Assembly (NCBI GenBank): GCA_964016885.1
Contig: OZ024743.1
Location: 208,258,001 to 208,322,000, forward strand
Direction: 5' to 3'
DNA: 64,000 bases
Source: Eledone cirrhosa
Lineage: Eukaryota
Shown here: positions 16,211-29,232 of the stretch, piece after piece
Numbering within the stretch: position 1 is the first letter of the stretch
How the letters are laid out: each line of letters begins with the position of its first letter
Position numbers and translations under genes: made by a program
The notes under the pieces: generated by a model
Databases searched by the model: none
What the model saw: only the letters and a program-made list of their open reading frames with translations
What the model was told of the DNA's origin: nothing

Positions 16211-16497
16211 CAATGTCCTGGAACCCACTGATATATTAGGACACCACAGAAGATCTCAGTAATTAGAGTGTAACAAGGGCAAGACAACTTAACCCATCAC
16301 GTCCCACATCATACCCTCCTCCCTACTTATTAACAACAAACATTTACTCACAGATACTACTACTACAATGGTCTCTGCTCTCCTTAACTACCAAGGGACA
16401 TACTATCCCCCACTTAATCCCATCTAAAGTATACATCCCGCCTCCTATCATCATTACTACTCAGCTCCCTTTTTAACACTGCACTAAACATTCTACC

Positions 16498-16635
16498 TAA
16501 TAATTGTTTCTACTTTTGGCACAAGGCCAGCAATTACCCAGTACATTACTGGTACTTTATTTTATCGACCCCGTAAGGATGAAAGGCAAAGTTAACCTCG
16601 GCGGGATTTGAACTCAGACTGTAAAGGGACGTGTC
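16498..16635 (-). mobile_element. tRNA-derived SINE fragment (Deu/Nin-like core)
   Basis: Minus strand reads GAGTTCAAATCCCGCCGAGGTTAACTTTGCCTTTCATCCTTACGGGGTCGATAAAAT (B-box plus conserved core). A homologous copy lies on + at 24925-25118. Confidence 0.8.
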
Positions 16636-18629
16636 CCCAGAACAGTAGTCCTCTCACCCCCCCCCCCCCCCCCCACACACACATACAGATCTTCCCAACA
16701 ACCCCCAACCATTATATTTAAACTGAACATTAATACCACTGACTTAAGTAGTTTAGGAGGGTATGCAAATGTCATGGGTATTGTTGCTCTTTCTGCTCTA
16801 AATATGAAAGTGCAACATTAGTTACCTAATTAAACATACACTCTGTGTTAGTAATAATTGATATAGTTGTATACAGACAGACACACTGTGCTAGTAATAA
16901 TTGATATAGTTGTATACAGACAACACATACTTTGTCACTTTATCTCACACAGCCAACAATAGACAGAAAATGTTGCCAGCTCCCCAAACAAACCAAAGTA
17001 TGAAAACTCTATCATGCTGAATCAAGCATTTCATTAACAGTTCCTATGTTTCTATAGGTAGGCTTGAGTAGAGCTAACAATATAATTTCCCATTACTATT
17101 GTCATCTCTAGGCTTTATCTACAGCTATTGTCAATAAATGAAACCCATTTCCCAAATGATATCAACCTTTATTTTAAAATTTAGATGTCAGTTAAAAAAA
17201 AGCTCCTATCTCATATAAAATAATAATAATAATAACAATAATAATAATTCAAGTGCAAGAGTCAGTGTTTTAAAGATTTCTGTGTTGTGCAATCATCTTA
17301 TATCTGATTTATTCTAATAATAACTACATCTGGTTAGATTTAGTTTGTGTAATTCTCTCATCACAGATAAGAATTGTAAACTCTCACCCTATATCTGTGA
17401 GTAATTTCTCAGATGAAATGATAATTCTTTATTGCATACACATAGTTAAATGATGATGATGATACACCTACACAATTGCTTTTTATCCTAACCCTAACCC
17501 AAACAATATCATTAACTGTCATTCACAGTACTTGCCGAGATGAAAAGGAAGTCAAACTTTAATAAAAAAAGAAATCAAAAGAAATATGAAGATATATGAA
17601 ATAAGATAATATAAAAAACGGTTTCATGATATAACCTATATGTAACTCAACGGACGATGAAATGAAAGTCTAGAAATGGAAATTGTTTTTGTTTTTTTTG
17701 TACTTTTTTAAAAAGATTTTATCTTGAATCTGTTTTAAAAATCTGTGACAATTGAAATTTCTTAGCCAACATTACACAAAGGAAGTGGTAATAATGTTAA
17801 CCAATTAACATTACTAATGTCATGTAACAGAGATAATAAATCACATTTCACTTCCAACTAAAATATATTATGCACTCAATGAAAGATATTAACAAAAACA
17901 TATTCATGGTAAACATCATCATCATCATCATCGTTTAACGTCCATCTTCCACGATATCACAGAAGGCTTTCTAGAAATGTTTATTTAGTTTTTATTTATT
18001 ATTTATCGTTGTGATGGTGATAATGATAATACATTTGTAGTTGATAAACTTCAGCTGTTAAACCTAAAGGTGCTATCATACTACCTTTCCTTTACGCAAC
18101 ATAGAGTCACTCAACAAAACTTTTCAATCTAAGCCAGATTTTATATAAAGTATATATAAAGCAAACATCAAACAATGCTTGAAAGCGATTTATAAATTTT
18201 AAATTTATATCTAATTTTAAAGAAAAGAGACAGGAACATTTTTTCTCTGAGAGTTCCTTATACTCTGACAAAGGGAATTTAAATCACAAAATATTAGGAC
18301 AAAAGAACAACAAAAATCCCAAAGATTATCAAGTTACTAACTTTTTAATTGCCTTCATCTTACCATCTATTTTGCATTGTTTAACCTTCTTACGAGTATC
18401 ACTTTCCACATTCAATAATTATATACAATGCTTCTAGTAAACTACAACATTCTATTAAAAAGTTTTCTGTTCAATCAAAAAGTTATTAACAATAAATTAT
18501 TCCTTTACTTTTAAATTATACACTATATCAGGATCAACAAACTGTTTTGGTATTGAGAATATTTTTAGTATCTTACAAGTGACTTAATTAGTATCTTACA
18601 AGTGACCTAATTAGTATCTAAAGTCTACA

Positions 18630-18908
18630 GTCTGTCTCAAGCCCAGAGGTTCACCAGGGCCAATGCCTATCTCGGTTTCATGACATGAAATGACTGAGAG
18701 TCCAAGACTTCCTCCTGGACAGGACGCCAGTCCACATCAGGGTAAACCTTCAGCTATTACTAGTACTCATTTTCAGCTGAGTATACTGGAGCAATGTGAA
18801 ATTAAGTTTTTTGCTCAAAAACGCAACACACAACACAGCCCAGGAATTGAACCCATGGCATTATGGTTGTAAGTCCAACGCCCTTACCACTAAGCCATGT
18901 GCCTCTAC
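18630..18908 (-). mobile_element. tRNA-derived SINE, near full length
   Basis: Minus strand begins GAGGCACATGGCTTAGTGGTAAGGGCG (A-box) ... GGGTTCAATTCC (B-box). Head and core are shared with the SINE at 39837, but the 3' part differs (GTGGACTGGCGTCCTGTCCAGG). Confidence 0.85.
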
Positions 18909-19239
18909 AATTAGTATAGTGGTTATAATAAGAACAAGCTGGAAGAAGTTCAGGGAGCTACTAACTGTAGCTGTACTCACCACACTTGGCCAATTATAGG
19001 TTGGTGAGGCTATTTAATCCATAGTTTGAGTGGATGGCTGTTGACTCTGTGGAGTTCATCTGTTCTTTGACAGGTCTTGTATTTGTGCTGCTGGGTTTCC
19101 ACTTACCCTCCTCACTAGACCAGGGTCTGGTGAAGGAGCTGGTTTAGTCACTGAATACCCGACAATGAAACAGGTTGTACCTGGCTATGTGGTACCGGTA
19201 GCAGACATGTGTCTGTGTGGGTGTGTTTACACTTGCATC

Positions 19240-19410
19240 AGTATTAATGTCCTGTAGCTTAGAGCTTTGACAAAAAAAGGGTTGATAAAATAAGTACAGG
19301 ATTAAAAAAAATAAGTAGTGAGGATGATATCATTGATTAAATCGAGGCAGTGCCCCAGCAAGGCCACAGTCTAATGACTGAAATCAGTAAAAGAATCAAA
19401 GAATGAATTA
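19240..19410 (+). mobile_element. Degenerate SINE 3' fragment
   Basis: GTTGATAAAATAAGTAC core-like motif, GTGCCCCAGCAAGGCCACAGTCTAATGACTGAAA and an AAAGAAT-type tail. Confidence 0.55.
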
Positions 19411-19483
19411 CAGAATAAATAAAAGAAAATAACATTAACATTAATTTTAGACTTCTGCAAACGCTTTTTTTTCAACACTGAAT

Positions 19484-19610
<127 letters not shown>

Positions 19611-19769
19611 TGGATATGTTCAAGAGATTAAAAGGGAGTGGGAATGTTAACAATAACTGTATGAAATTAATACTAATACAAATGATGCTTGTGGGGTCGT
19701 GAGTTGCATACTGGAGGTGGAAATGTGTAAGGGTGTAGTGTCATCTCATTAACAGAAGGGATCAACTGT

Positions 19770-20220
19770 GGCAAGTGACTTGATATGAGACTGTGTTGTA
19801 CATGTCTAGGAAGTGACTTGATCTGAGACTGTGTTTTATTCATGTTTGGCAAGTGACTTGATCTAAAACTGTGTTGTACATGTCTAGCAAGTGACTTGAT
19901 CTGAGACTGTGTTGTACATGTCTAGGAAGTGACTTGATCTGAGACTGTGTTGTACATGTCTAGGAATGACTTGATCTGAGAATGTGTGTTGTACTTGTCT
20001 AGCAAGTGACTTGATCTGAGACTGTGTTGTACATGTCTAGAAAGTGACTTGATCTGAGAATGTGTGTTGTACATGTCTAGCAAGTGACTTGATCTGACAC
20101 TGTGTTGTACATGTCTAGGAAGTGACTTGATCTGAGAATGTGTGTTGTACATGTCTAGGAAGTGACTTTATCTGAGAATGTGTGTTGTACTTGTTTGGCA
20201 AGTGACTTGATCTGAGATGG
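19770..20220. repeat. 38-40-bp minisatellite AAGTGACTTGATCTGAGACTGTGTTGTACATGTCTAGG, ~11-12 copies
   Basis: Units start at 19811, 19851, 19889 and onward. Confidence 0.95.
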
Positions 20221-20859
20221 TGTATGAAAACTAAAATAATTGTTATATGGAAGAGTCATTTTAGCCATTTAGAAACAGAAAACAAATGATAAATACAAAA
20301 TAAAGTTTACTATTCTCGTGTGTTTTGAAATGGTTAAAATAATTCTTCCACACAGTAATTGCTTCTATAAAAAGATTTGCATGAAAAACCATATTGGTAG
20401 AACAAATTAGCGTGAATTATGGGAATGTTGAAAGATGCCTAATGAAATGTTAAGTTATTGAATTATTTTGACAACTTAACAGAACTCCAAAGTTTAACTT
20501 AACTCTTAATGTACCACATGAAATCACATAAGCAAAACATTCTTAAAAAGTACAACACTATGACTGTATCACATTAAAAATTAAAGTATTTAATACTTCA
20601 AATTTTCACAATGATATCTACATAAATCGAAACACTATAAAACATTTGAATTACCAAACCTAAATTTCATGTTCAGTTGTTTTCATTTACAAACAGGAAG
20701 AGAAGAAAAAGAAAGGGAAGAGGGAGAACAAGTAAATTTTAAAATGAGGGTGAAATAAATAGGGGACAACTACACTGTTGACAGATAATGTAGCAAAAGC
20801 ATTGCAGCAAAGTATACCTATGAGATGAATTAAGTTCAGCTGAGGTACTTGCTAAATAT

Positions 20860-20998
20860 ACTGTTACTATTTACAGGGGTCACTGACCCATTTACTATAT
20901 ACAGGGGTAACTGTCTGTAGTACTATTTGCAGGGGCCACTGCTCTCCTCATAGTTATTTAGAGGGGTCACTGCCCTCCTCATCCTAGTTATTTACAGT
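20860..20998. repeat. Degenerate ~28-30-bp tandem repeat (TACTATTTACAGGGGTCACTG...)
   Basis: Four to five diverged copies containing AGGGG(T/C)(C/A)ACTG. Confidence 0.6.
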
Positions 20999-20999
20999 G

Positions 21000-21280
21000 A
21001 ACACACATGGATTAGTTGCAAAAGATCTTCAGTTCAATTCCTAGCAGTGAATTGTATCCTTGAGCAAGGTATTTTATTTCCTATTGCTCTAGTTCACTTA
21101 ACAAGCAAAAATGAATTGTACTTGTAATTCAAAGATCCAGCCTTGTCACACACAATGTTATGCTGAATCTCCCTGAAAATTGTGTCAAGGTTATATGTGT
21201 ATATGGAATTTTATGAACAGGCTGTCCCATTTATCAAACAACTTTAACACTCACCATTGGAACCAACAGAGTTCCAACAG
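21000..21280 (+). mobile_element. Degenerate tRNA-derived SINE (same core, third tail type)
   Basis: AGTTCAATTCC ... CCTTGAGCAAGG ... TTGCTCTAGTTCACT core, then GTAATTCAAAGATCCAGCCTTGTCACAC. Minus-strand homologues of this tail lie at ~32045-32215 and ~33400-33645. Confidence 0.65.
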
Positions 21281-21498
21281 ACATTTGTTTGCAATTAAAT
21301 GAACTGCGCCATTGAAAGTTGTGTTTTCACCAGCAAAGTATACTATAGAACTGTTGAGAAATTGTTAATATTCCATCAAGTTTTCCAATAAACTAAGAAT
21401 TCATTGTAGTGTTTTTCTAATTATATTTATAGTCATTCATGTTGTTACTCATCTATTGTGTATATTTATGAATTATTTTATTGAAATAAACATATATA

Positions 21499-21640
21499 TT
21501 CTCATTTGTACACATTCCACAATTTCCACTGAAAGTTATCAACTTCTCACTTGCGCACATTTCACAATTTCCACTGAAAGTTATCAACTTCTCACTTGCA
21601 CACATTTCACAATTTCCACAGAAAGTTATCAACATTTTCT
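21499..21640. repeat. 45-bp tandem repeat x3
   Basis: CACAATTTCCACTGAAAGTTATCAAC recurs at 21518, 21563 and 21608. Confidence 0.9.
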
Positions 21641-23216
21641 AAACAGTCTTTTATTCCTCTGTAACAACATCCCTATCAAATTGATGAAATATCTAACCTA
21701 ACCAATGAATTAAAAAGATTTTATTGATAAATGTCAAAACCACTCACCCTTGCTTTCACTCAAATACTGAAAAACAATAAAATTTTATCATTACCATCAT
21801 CATTAATATATTCAAATATATGGTGACATTATAAAAAGCACCCAGTACACTCTGTAAAGTGGTTGATGATAGAAATGGCATCCAGCTGCAGAAAAGTTGC
21901 CAAACAAAAGGTAGAGAGGACCCTTCAGTTATGTCAACTTCCCTAATGGTGGTGGTGCCATGATAAAATATATGGTACACTCTATAGAGGAAGGGAGGAG
22001 CAAGATGTCCCCCATCCCCCTCATCTGAGAGAGCAGTGGCTCCAGATTAACTACAGACTTGGTTTGTCATGACCTGGCCAACTCTAGTAGGAATAACAGC
22101 CCTTAAATGATGATGGTGGTAGTGGTAGTAGTAGTAGTGAGTTGTGATGCTGATGATGGTAATGTACATATGATAACTACAAACCTTCTCATATTTATAT
22201 AACTTAAGTAAGAAAAAAAGCATCATTAAATAATAATAATTCCCCCAAAAAGATGTCTTTTATTGCCACAATATTTGTTTAAGGTAGAAGGTTTGCCATT
22301 TTCGAAATAACCTAATTACCTATTTTTAACCTTAAATAGAAATTGATACAATTTCTTCATATCTTATTCTTATCCTTAGAAGTTAGTCTCCCAATCTTCT
22401 GTTTAATAGTGGGTGCTGGGGCAGAGAATAGTTTTCTTATATTTTTTTCTTTATTGCTGTTTTCATTGTAGAATTTCTCCCAGAGTAAGAATTCAATTAT
22501 AAATCTCACAACTATAACAACTATGTTAAGACATCATACATAATAACATATGTTGGTATTTTTCACTTGATACTACTGTCAGCTAGGCTCAGCTTATATT
22601 GTGATGTTAAAGGGGGAAAAAGAGAAAGGAAGAAAGAAAGGAAGAACAACAACTTGGTTCCCTTGTAATTTAATCTTCTATTGTATCTTGGTTGGCATTC
22701 AGCTTGATATTTGGCAGAACCAAGTCAAACCAATGATATTCATTTTACTAGAAAAGTGTTTTGTATTTTTTTTTATCAGTGTTCTTCTCAAAATAGAATC
22801 TAAAGAATATTCCATTTATCAAGAAAGTGAAAAGAATTCAAGCTGCTGTTACAGCTAGAACAACTATATAGTTACAGGCTAATAAAATTGTACATGATAC
22901 TCTCAAAGCAACATTTAATCTATATAAAACTTTCTCAATCAGTAAACAGTAAACCTGTGTTTTTAAAAAAGGGGAAGTTGTCCAGAATTCTTATCAAATT
23001 CCATTTTCAAGATAAAAATCAGCCAAATGCAAGATGTCTAAATTATAATTGAAATAAAGAAAACAGAGTCAGATGGAGTAATTATTTCATTGTAAACCAA
23101 TTCATATAGCAATCAGTTTAATAAGGTTGAACAAGGCAGTCACACAGTGGAATAAATGTTATGCCATGAACAGAAGCCTAAAGTTATGGAGAGTTGGTTA
23201 TACTGATGACATGTTT

Positions 23217-23323
23217 ACTGGTGTTGTAGGATAGACTGTGGGTAGTAAGGGTACTGGTGTTGAAGGGTAGACTGTGGGTAGTAAGGGTACTGGTGTTGAA
23301 GGGTAGACTGTGGGTAGTAAGGG
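23217..23323. repeat. 36-bp tandem repeat x3
   Basis: ACTGGTGTTGAAGGGTAGACTGTGGGTAGTAAGGGT at 23217, 23253 and 23289. Confidence 0.9.
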
Positions 23324-23569
23324 CTGGGGATAATTATTATAATACTGAAGAATTAGAAGAAACAGGTAACATGGGTGGGGAAATGGTCGGAGCTCAGAAA
23401 TAAAAGGAATGCTAGTAGATTTTAAAAACACTGATTACTCTTTTACCTGTTCCAGCCATCTGGCTAAGGTGATGCTGGGGTACCACCCTTGATATATATT
23501 TTTTTTATAAAGAGTCGGAACCCGATGGCTAAGTACTTGCCGTTTCAACTGTTAGTTCCATATATATAT

Positions 23570-23817
23570 CATCATTTCATTTTTCATCATTTCATTTTAC
23601 GTCCGCTTTTCCCTGCTTGCAAGGGTGAGACGGGAACTGATTCTGGCTTGATTTCTAAAGCTGGATGCCCTTCCTAACACCAACCTCATTTACAGTAAGT
23701 GCTGGGTGCTTTTTTTCCGTGGCGCCTACATGTCCACTTTACAGTGTGGGCTGGGTGCTTTTTTTGCCGTGGCACCTCTATGACCACTTTGCAGTGGAAT
23801 GATAGGGACCCCAGTCT
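23570..23817 (-). mobile_element. 5'-truncated SINE with RTE-derived tail
   Basis: Reverse complement matches 39988-40170 (GACTGGGGTCCCTATC ... GGACGTAAAATGAAATGATG). Flanked by (TA)n. Confidence 0.85.
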
Positions 23818-24679
23818 ATATATATATATATATATCATCATATACCCCAGTATATATATATATCATCATCAGTTGGGACAATGACCAACAACCTCTCTAG
23901 TGTTGGTGCCACAAAAATTCACATGGTACACCCTGTATGGTGGTTAGCAATAGGAAGGGCATCCAGCCATAGAAAGCTTGCCATACAAAGGGTTGAGATA
24001 GCCTTTCCGTTGTTGCAAGGACATGACAACCTCTCTAGTGCTGGTGCCATGATAAAATGTACTTGGTAGAATGTAGGGCAATATGTAAGTGAGATGCAGA
24101 CTCCTAACCAGTCTAGGAATTCAGTTGCCCCACTTCAGTGCTGATTCAGTCTGTGAAGACCCATCCAATGCTTACTAGCAGAGAAAGTAGATGTTAAATT
24201 GTTTAATGTCTGCTTTCCTTGCTAGCAAGGGTTGGACAAGTCATCACCTGCCTATGTTGGTACTGAACCCCACTGATTTGGGAGACTGCATCATACTTAC
24301 ATCTGTTCTTCCACCTTACTAACTGCTCAGATGAGCCAGCAGCTCACAAATGGCTTACATATGATCACAAGCACTAACAAGTAACTATCATGACACTATG
24401 GAGATTGTCTTGTCTTGAACACAGCTGAAGTGTCCTCCCATCTCTTTCTTTGCTAGGTTTTCTATGGCTGGATGCCTTTCCTATCCCCAACTACTTTACA
24501 GCATGTACTGAATACATTTATTGTGTGGATCACCATGCTCTTGACACAACTGACCCTTTTTTGGCATGGGTTCTACATAATATAAATACAATTATGCATC
24601 AACACACTTTTTTAGTCCTTCTCGCATCCCTTCATCATCATCATGTGTCTATCTGCTTTTTCACACTTTCAGCTTTCCT

Positions 24680-24910
24680 CTATTTCTCACATTCATTCGT
24701 CATCTCTTCTAAGAAACCAGCTTTCACCACTTCTACCCAGGCTTTTCTTCATCTTTCTCATCTGCAGATTCCTTCTACTTGTAACTCCTGGAACTTTTCC
24801 CCCTCAATAATCACCATCCATACAAATCACACGTCCATACCAGTGCAGTCACTTCTCTTCTACATTACATATCATTCCTCTTACACCCAGTTTTTCTTTC
24901 AACTCATCTG
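24680..24910 (-). pseudogene. Degenerate RTE LINE C-terminal fragment
   Basis: Minus-strand translation contains LHWYGRV and a KAWVEVVKA motif, matching RLHWYGHV...KTWDEVIK in the other RTE copies. Confidence 0.6.
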
Positions 24911-24924
24911 ATTCATCATTATTC

Positions 24925-25118
24925 ATGGTCGGTGGATTGTCAGTATCGGTAGAGGGTCTGACGCCATGCTTTGCAGCCAAGAGTTATGGCCCTTTATGGT
25001 ATGAGTTCAAATCCCGCTGAGGTTAACTTTGCTTTTCATCCTACGGGGTCGATAAAATAAAGCACCATTAATACACTGGGATAATTGCTGGCATTGTGCC
25101 AAAAGTAGAAACAATTAT
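24925..25118 (+). mobile_element. tRNA-derived SINE (Deu/Nin-like core)
   Basis: GAGTTCAAATCCCGCTGAGGTTAACTTTGCTTTTCATCCTACGGGGTCGATAAAAT ... GTGCCAAAAGTAGAAACAATT; homologous to 16498-16635. Confidence 0.8.
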
Positions 25119-25144
25119 TCATGTATACTAACATTACACATCCA

Positions 25145-25480
25145 TCAGAGAATGTTGGCCTCAATTCTTTCTAACTTTTGCACATCCTTTCCATTGAATG
25201 CCCATCTTTCACTACCATGCAACAATATACTGGATTTCCTCTTCAAATGAAGAGTAAATGTTATCCAACCATCTTGCTCAGGGTCTACCCCTGGGTCTCC
25301 TGCCAGTTGGTTTTGTCCATAAAATCTGTCCAGTGATTCCTTCCTGAAATATTCTAACCACATGCCCATAGTATCAGAGCTGTAATCTCTCAATTCAGAG
25401 AAGTAGCAACTCTATCAGCTTTCATGCTGGCAAGTGTTGAACAGTCCATCAGAGTCCAAGACCAAACAAGATGGAGTAAC
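25145..25480 (-). pseudogene. Degenerate RTE-like LINE fragments
   Basis: LLHGSERWA...LERIEA, plus RPRGRPRTRWLD in another frame. A related fragment (ARWLDNIHELSWSHLG...DRTCWK) lies on + at ~29830-29960. Confidence 0.55.
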
Positions 25481-27538
25481 AGTGACCTTATTTCACTCAA
25501 ACACTCCATATTATGCATGTTTTTTTCTGTTTTGAGGGTTCCAATTCAAGAAATAAACTGGAAGTTATTTTAAGTAAAAGGAATTGTGGTACATAATAAC
25601 AGATTTTCCTGCACAATGAACTGTTTTTGCTAAATTTAAGGATCACACAAATAGAAACACATATGCTTGGCTTTTAACACTATAGAGACTTTGACATTTT
25701 AAGTTACATTTTATTAAAATTCCTAGTTTTATAAATATATTAGAAAAATACATGTATACATGTGACACTTCAATAACAAGATAATCTTCAGCATACCAGG
25801 CTAAAAAGGTTTGTTATTACTGCACTAGGTGGACTTTGTTACTACTGCACTAACTGAACTGAATTGTGAATAGAATTAACCAACAATCAAATATTGCAAC
25901 TTCAACTGTCAACAAAATTAAGAACAGCATCTATAGTTAGTCTAACTTGTTATAAGGAGGGGGAGGAGACTAGGACAAACAGACAGATTGTAATAGGTTA
26001 ATTTGCTATAGTTATGATTTCCTTTCAGTTTTTTTAAAGGTTTGAAAGAGGAGCTGCTGTCCACTTTTATTGGAGGATGTCAACAGTTCTCCCTAAAATA
26101 TGTTAATTAAAGACGATTTTTACTGGGATTTCTATCAACTTTATTTCATTTCTTGCTGAGACAGAATAAAATAATTCAGAAGAAATAGTGGAAATAGAAA
26201 ACTTATGAGAGAGAAATTCTGCCTCCCCCACCACACACACACCTCCATCACCACCACCATATCCACCACTATCATTAGCCCTTTTAGGTCATTGTATCAT
26301 CAAAAGCTAGGATAAAAGACTAAATGAAAAAGAGATATTTTTGTTGGAGAAGACAGTTTTCCAGATTGTATAGAAGAGGTAGTAACTTTGATGGTTGGAT
26401 ATTGTTGATGGGTGTAGGAAAGAGGCAAGAAGCGGGTGGAGGAGTCGATAAATTGTGTCAAAATTCATTTAGCCAAGAGCTGGAATACTAAACTACATTT
26501 GTGGTGGGGAATAAAAAAAAAAAAAGCTTCATGACTGGTTTTGGAGAATAAAAATAATTTGTTACAGCTGTAAATTCTATATAAAGAAGTGAGATCTATG
26601 CAATGTGAATGTAAATATATGTATACATCTTTATAGTTTTTAATGCTAACATCAAAGGAAGATGCTGCTGATAAGCTGTCATAAACATGATATGGTATTT
26701 ATGAGTATATGACTTCATCTTCATACATGAATAATTTCAGGCATCTAATTTAATATGGATAGAAGCATTTGGAATCATGGATTAATACAGAATCTTTTTC
26801 ATTTCTATGAAACATTACGATGAATACAATTAAATCTCAAAAGGGAGAATTATGAAACAAATTTAGAATAGATTCTATAAGTTAGTAAAAATTGGTTCAA
26901 TTGGTTAACACGTGTAATAAGAACCTCAAAGAGATTATGTTTAAATTAATAAAATATGACTAATAACAGGTATTCATAGAAATTAAAATCAAATTATAAC
27001 TTAAGTTCTTATTAGCTGTTAACATCTTGTAATGATTTAGCAGAAAATATCTAAAAACAGGTTTGATAATTTAAATGTTTATAGTATCTTTACTACTGGA
27101 CAGATCATAATGGAAATTTTCAGTCAACTACAGTAAAGAGTTCAATTTTTAATGACATGGAGTCGTAGTACTGTTTTGTACTTTCCAAGAATAGCTTGCC
27201 AATGCAGTTTCATGAGTTAAATATTCTCTATTCCATCTGCCGGGACTGTGAGGTGGCCAGCGCATAGGCTCCCATTTGCATATAATAGTGAGAGATGAGG
27301 AGAGCGAGAGAGCCAAAGGCAATGAGTGAAAATAAAATACAGCAACTATCTATTACAGATTTTAGAAAAAAAATAACTAACTTGAAATCATCATTAACCC
27401 TTCTGGTTTACAAGTTCTTTCACACAATCTTCAAATAATATCAAAAAAAGGTTCTTTACGATTACTTGTAAATCTTGATAAGTAATGAACACACCCAAAC
27501 ATAAACCAAAACATTAAAAAAGAAAAGACTACTCTTAC

Positions 27539-27671
27539 CCTTGGACACCACAGTATTCCATTCCAAATTCTCTGCATCTGTCAAGACACCATTCTAGTGT
27601 CATTGTATTAGATTGCTTTATGACCAAATAGGTATTATCGGCAGTCTTGCGAAAACAACCTAAATAAGTTG
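27539..27671 (-). CDS. Internal coding exon encoding the N-terminal half of a WSC (carbohydrate-binding) domain
   Basis: Acceptor ttctttcag| at 27672 and donor |gtaaga at 27538. The 133-bp stop-free frame (phase 1 in, phase 2 out) reads TYLGCFRKTADNTYLVIKQSNTMTLEWCLDRCREFGMEYCGVQG, matching the WSC pattern YLGCF...MT.E.C...C...G..Y.GVQ. Confidence 0.85.
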
Positions 27672-27718
27672 CTGAAAGAAATGTCAGAGACATTTTAATG
27701 GTAATTTATTTATCTTTA

Positions 27719-27749
<31 letters not shown>

Positions 27750-28871
27750 AAAAGTAAAATAAAAAATACATATCTTTCTGATAATCCAAAATATGAAAAA
27801 AAATGTTGGCGTAGAGTGTAAGGGTAAAATAGAAGATTTGCTAGTGAGGGAACATTATAAGTGATATTAGTTAGCTAGGCTGACAATAACAGACAAGAGA
27901 GAGAGATCTCCAGTTCAGTTGATATCAACACAACTTATTTCTTCACAGAGGGAGAGAGGGAAGTGAGATATCTCCAGTTCAGTGAGTTTCAGTTGATATC
28001 AACACACAACTTATTTCTTCACAAGTTGCTTAAATTAATGTTGATAGAAATCTCATGACTTTCATCTTTTAACCAAATTAATTTCAAATAATGTTCACAA
28101 CTTATAATTTATGTTAAGTAGGTAGTGATATCTCTTCTGAAATAGAACAAAATGATTTACAACAACATTTAAAAACAATGGCACATGAAACAGGCTAAAA
28201 GAAAACACAACATTTATTTTCTAATGTTTATACCAAAGTTTTTTTTTTGGGGGGGGGGGATCTTTTTTTGCTAAATAATAGTTTTTACTTCTTAAAATTT
28301 AATATAAAAATATATATATTTCAAATATTTTTTTAAATGAATAAAATTCTAAAATACTAGAAATTATCAGCAAACTATTTTTTCCAGCCTGTGATGTTCA
28401 AGACATTTGGAGGAGCTGGGTCACTGACAACAAGGTTTTTGTCATTGTTGATGGCTCACTATATCAACATATCAAGTAATGCCCATGAGGGGGCTTGGTT
28501 ATTCCAGCAATTTTATCCTCATTACCACCCACAGCAAAGTGTAAGTGTGTTGGCTGTGTAGTGCAGGAGCCAGTGGCATCACATCGAAAGTGTGGGCCAG
28601 GTCCCTCTACCATGTGCAGTGGCAGAGTATGGAGGTCTTGTAAGGACTAATGTGAATGAGTGTGTGAGTTCTGCTATGTTCTCTGGCCAGACAGGTAACC
28701 ATCTCACAGAAATATTCAGTCTGGATATGAGTGGAGGTGCAAAGGTAGGTCCCTTCTCTTCTTATGACAGCTTCTCTAAAAGATTCCTAGTGTGAAACAC
28801 CTGCACTCTTTGTTGTTATATCAGTCTCAATGTACATATCTTCTACTTTTAATCTTCTCCCTGTTTATTTC

Positions 28872-29232
28872 TAGACATTATTTTTTTTCAAATTCAATTT
28901 GTTTTCAAGTATTTTATAAAGATTTTTTTTTAAATATCATTTTTTTAATCTATAGAAGAGAATTATCTAGAGGGAGAGAGACACAATCACATTACTTGGG
29001 TAAGTGAGAACAAGCTATTTACTACAGGACTCCATGTAATCTAGATTTGTGAAGAGAAATCTGGATAATGAAGAACTCCAATCCAATCTAAGGCCTTCTC
29101 ACTCCTATTGGAGGAACGCCTCCTTGGTTGACCTCCACTGCTTTCTGTTTGATTTTGGTCATGTCAGGGATGTAGCTGTACTCCCCATGCTTGGTTAATT
29201 GTGGGTTGGTGAGGCTTTTTGACCCATAATTC
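28872..29232 (+). repeat. ~350-bp dispersed direct repeat, copy 1 (copy 2 at ~31429-31761)
   Basis: Shared TAGACATTA...CAATTTGTTTTCAAGTA...CACATTACTTGGGTAAGTGAGAACAAGCTATTTACTACAGGACTCCATGTAATC... Confidence 0.85.

Noticed and set aside
17487-17500. CCTAACCCTAACCC telomere-like repeat
   Set aside because: Only about two units; too short to indicate an interstitial telomere.
23198-23431. Pro/Thr-rich ORF (PVPLLPTVYPST)x3 as a mucin-like exon of the WSC gene
   Set aside because: It derives from a 36-bp tandem repeat, and no convincing splice sites frame it.
26040-26092. Candidate downstream WSC exon (ttttag|G GAG AAC TGT TGA)
   Set aside because: It hits a stop after G-E-N-C and lacks the C-x-CG and CGG motifs of the second half of the domain.
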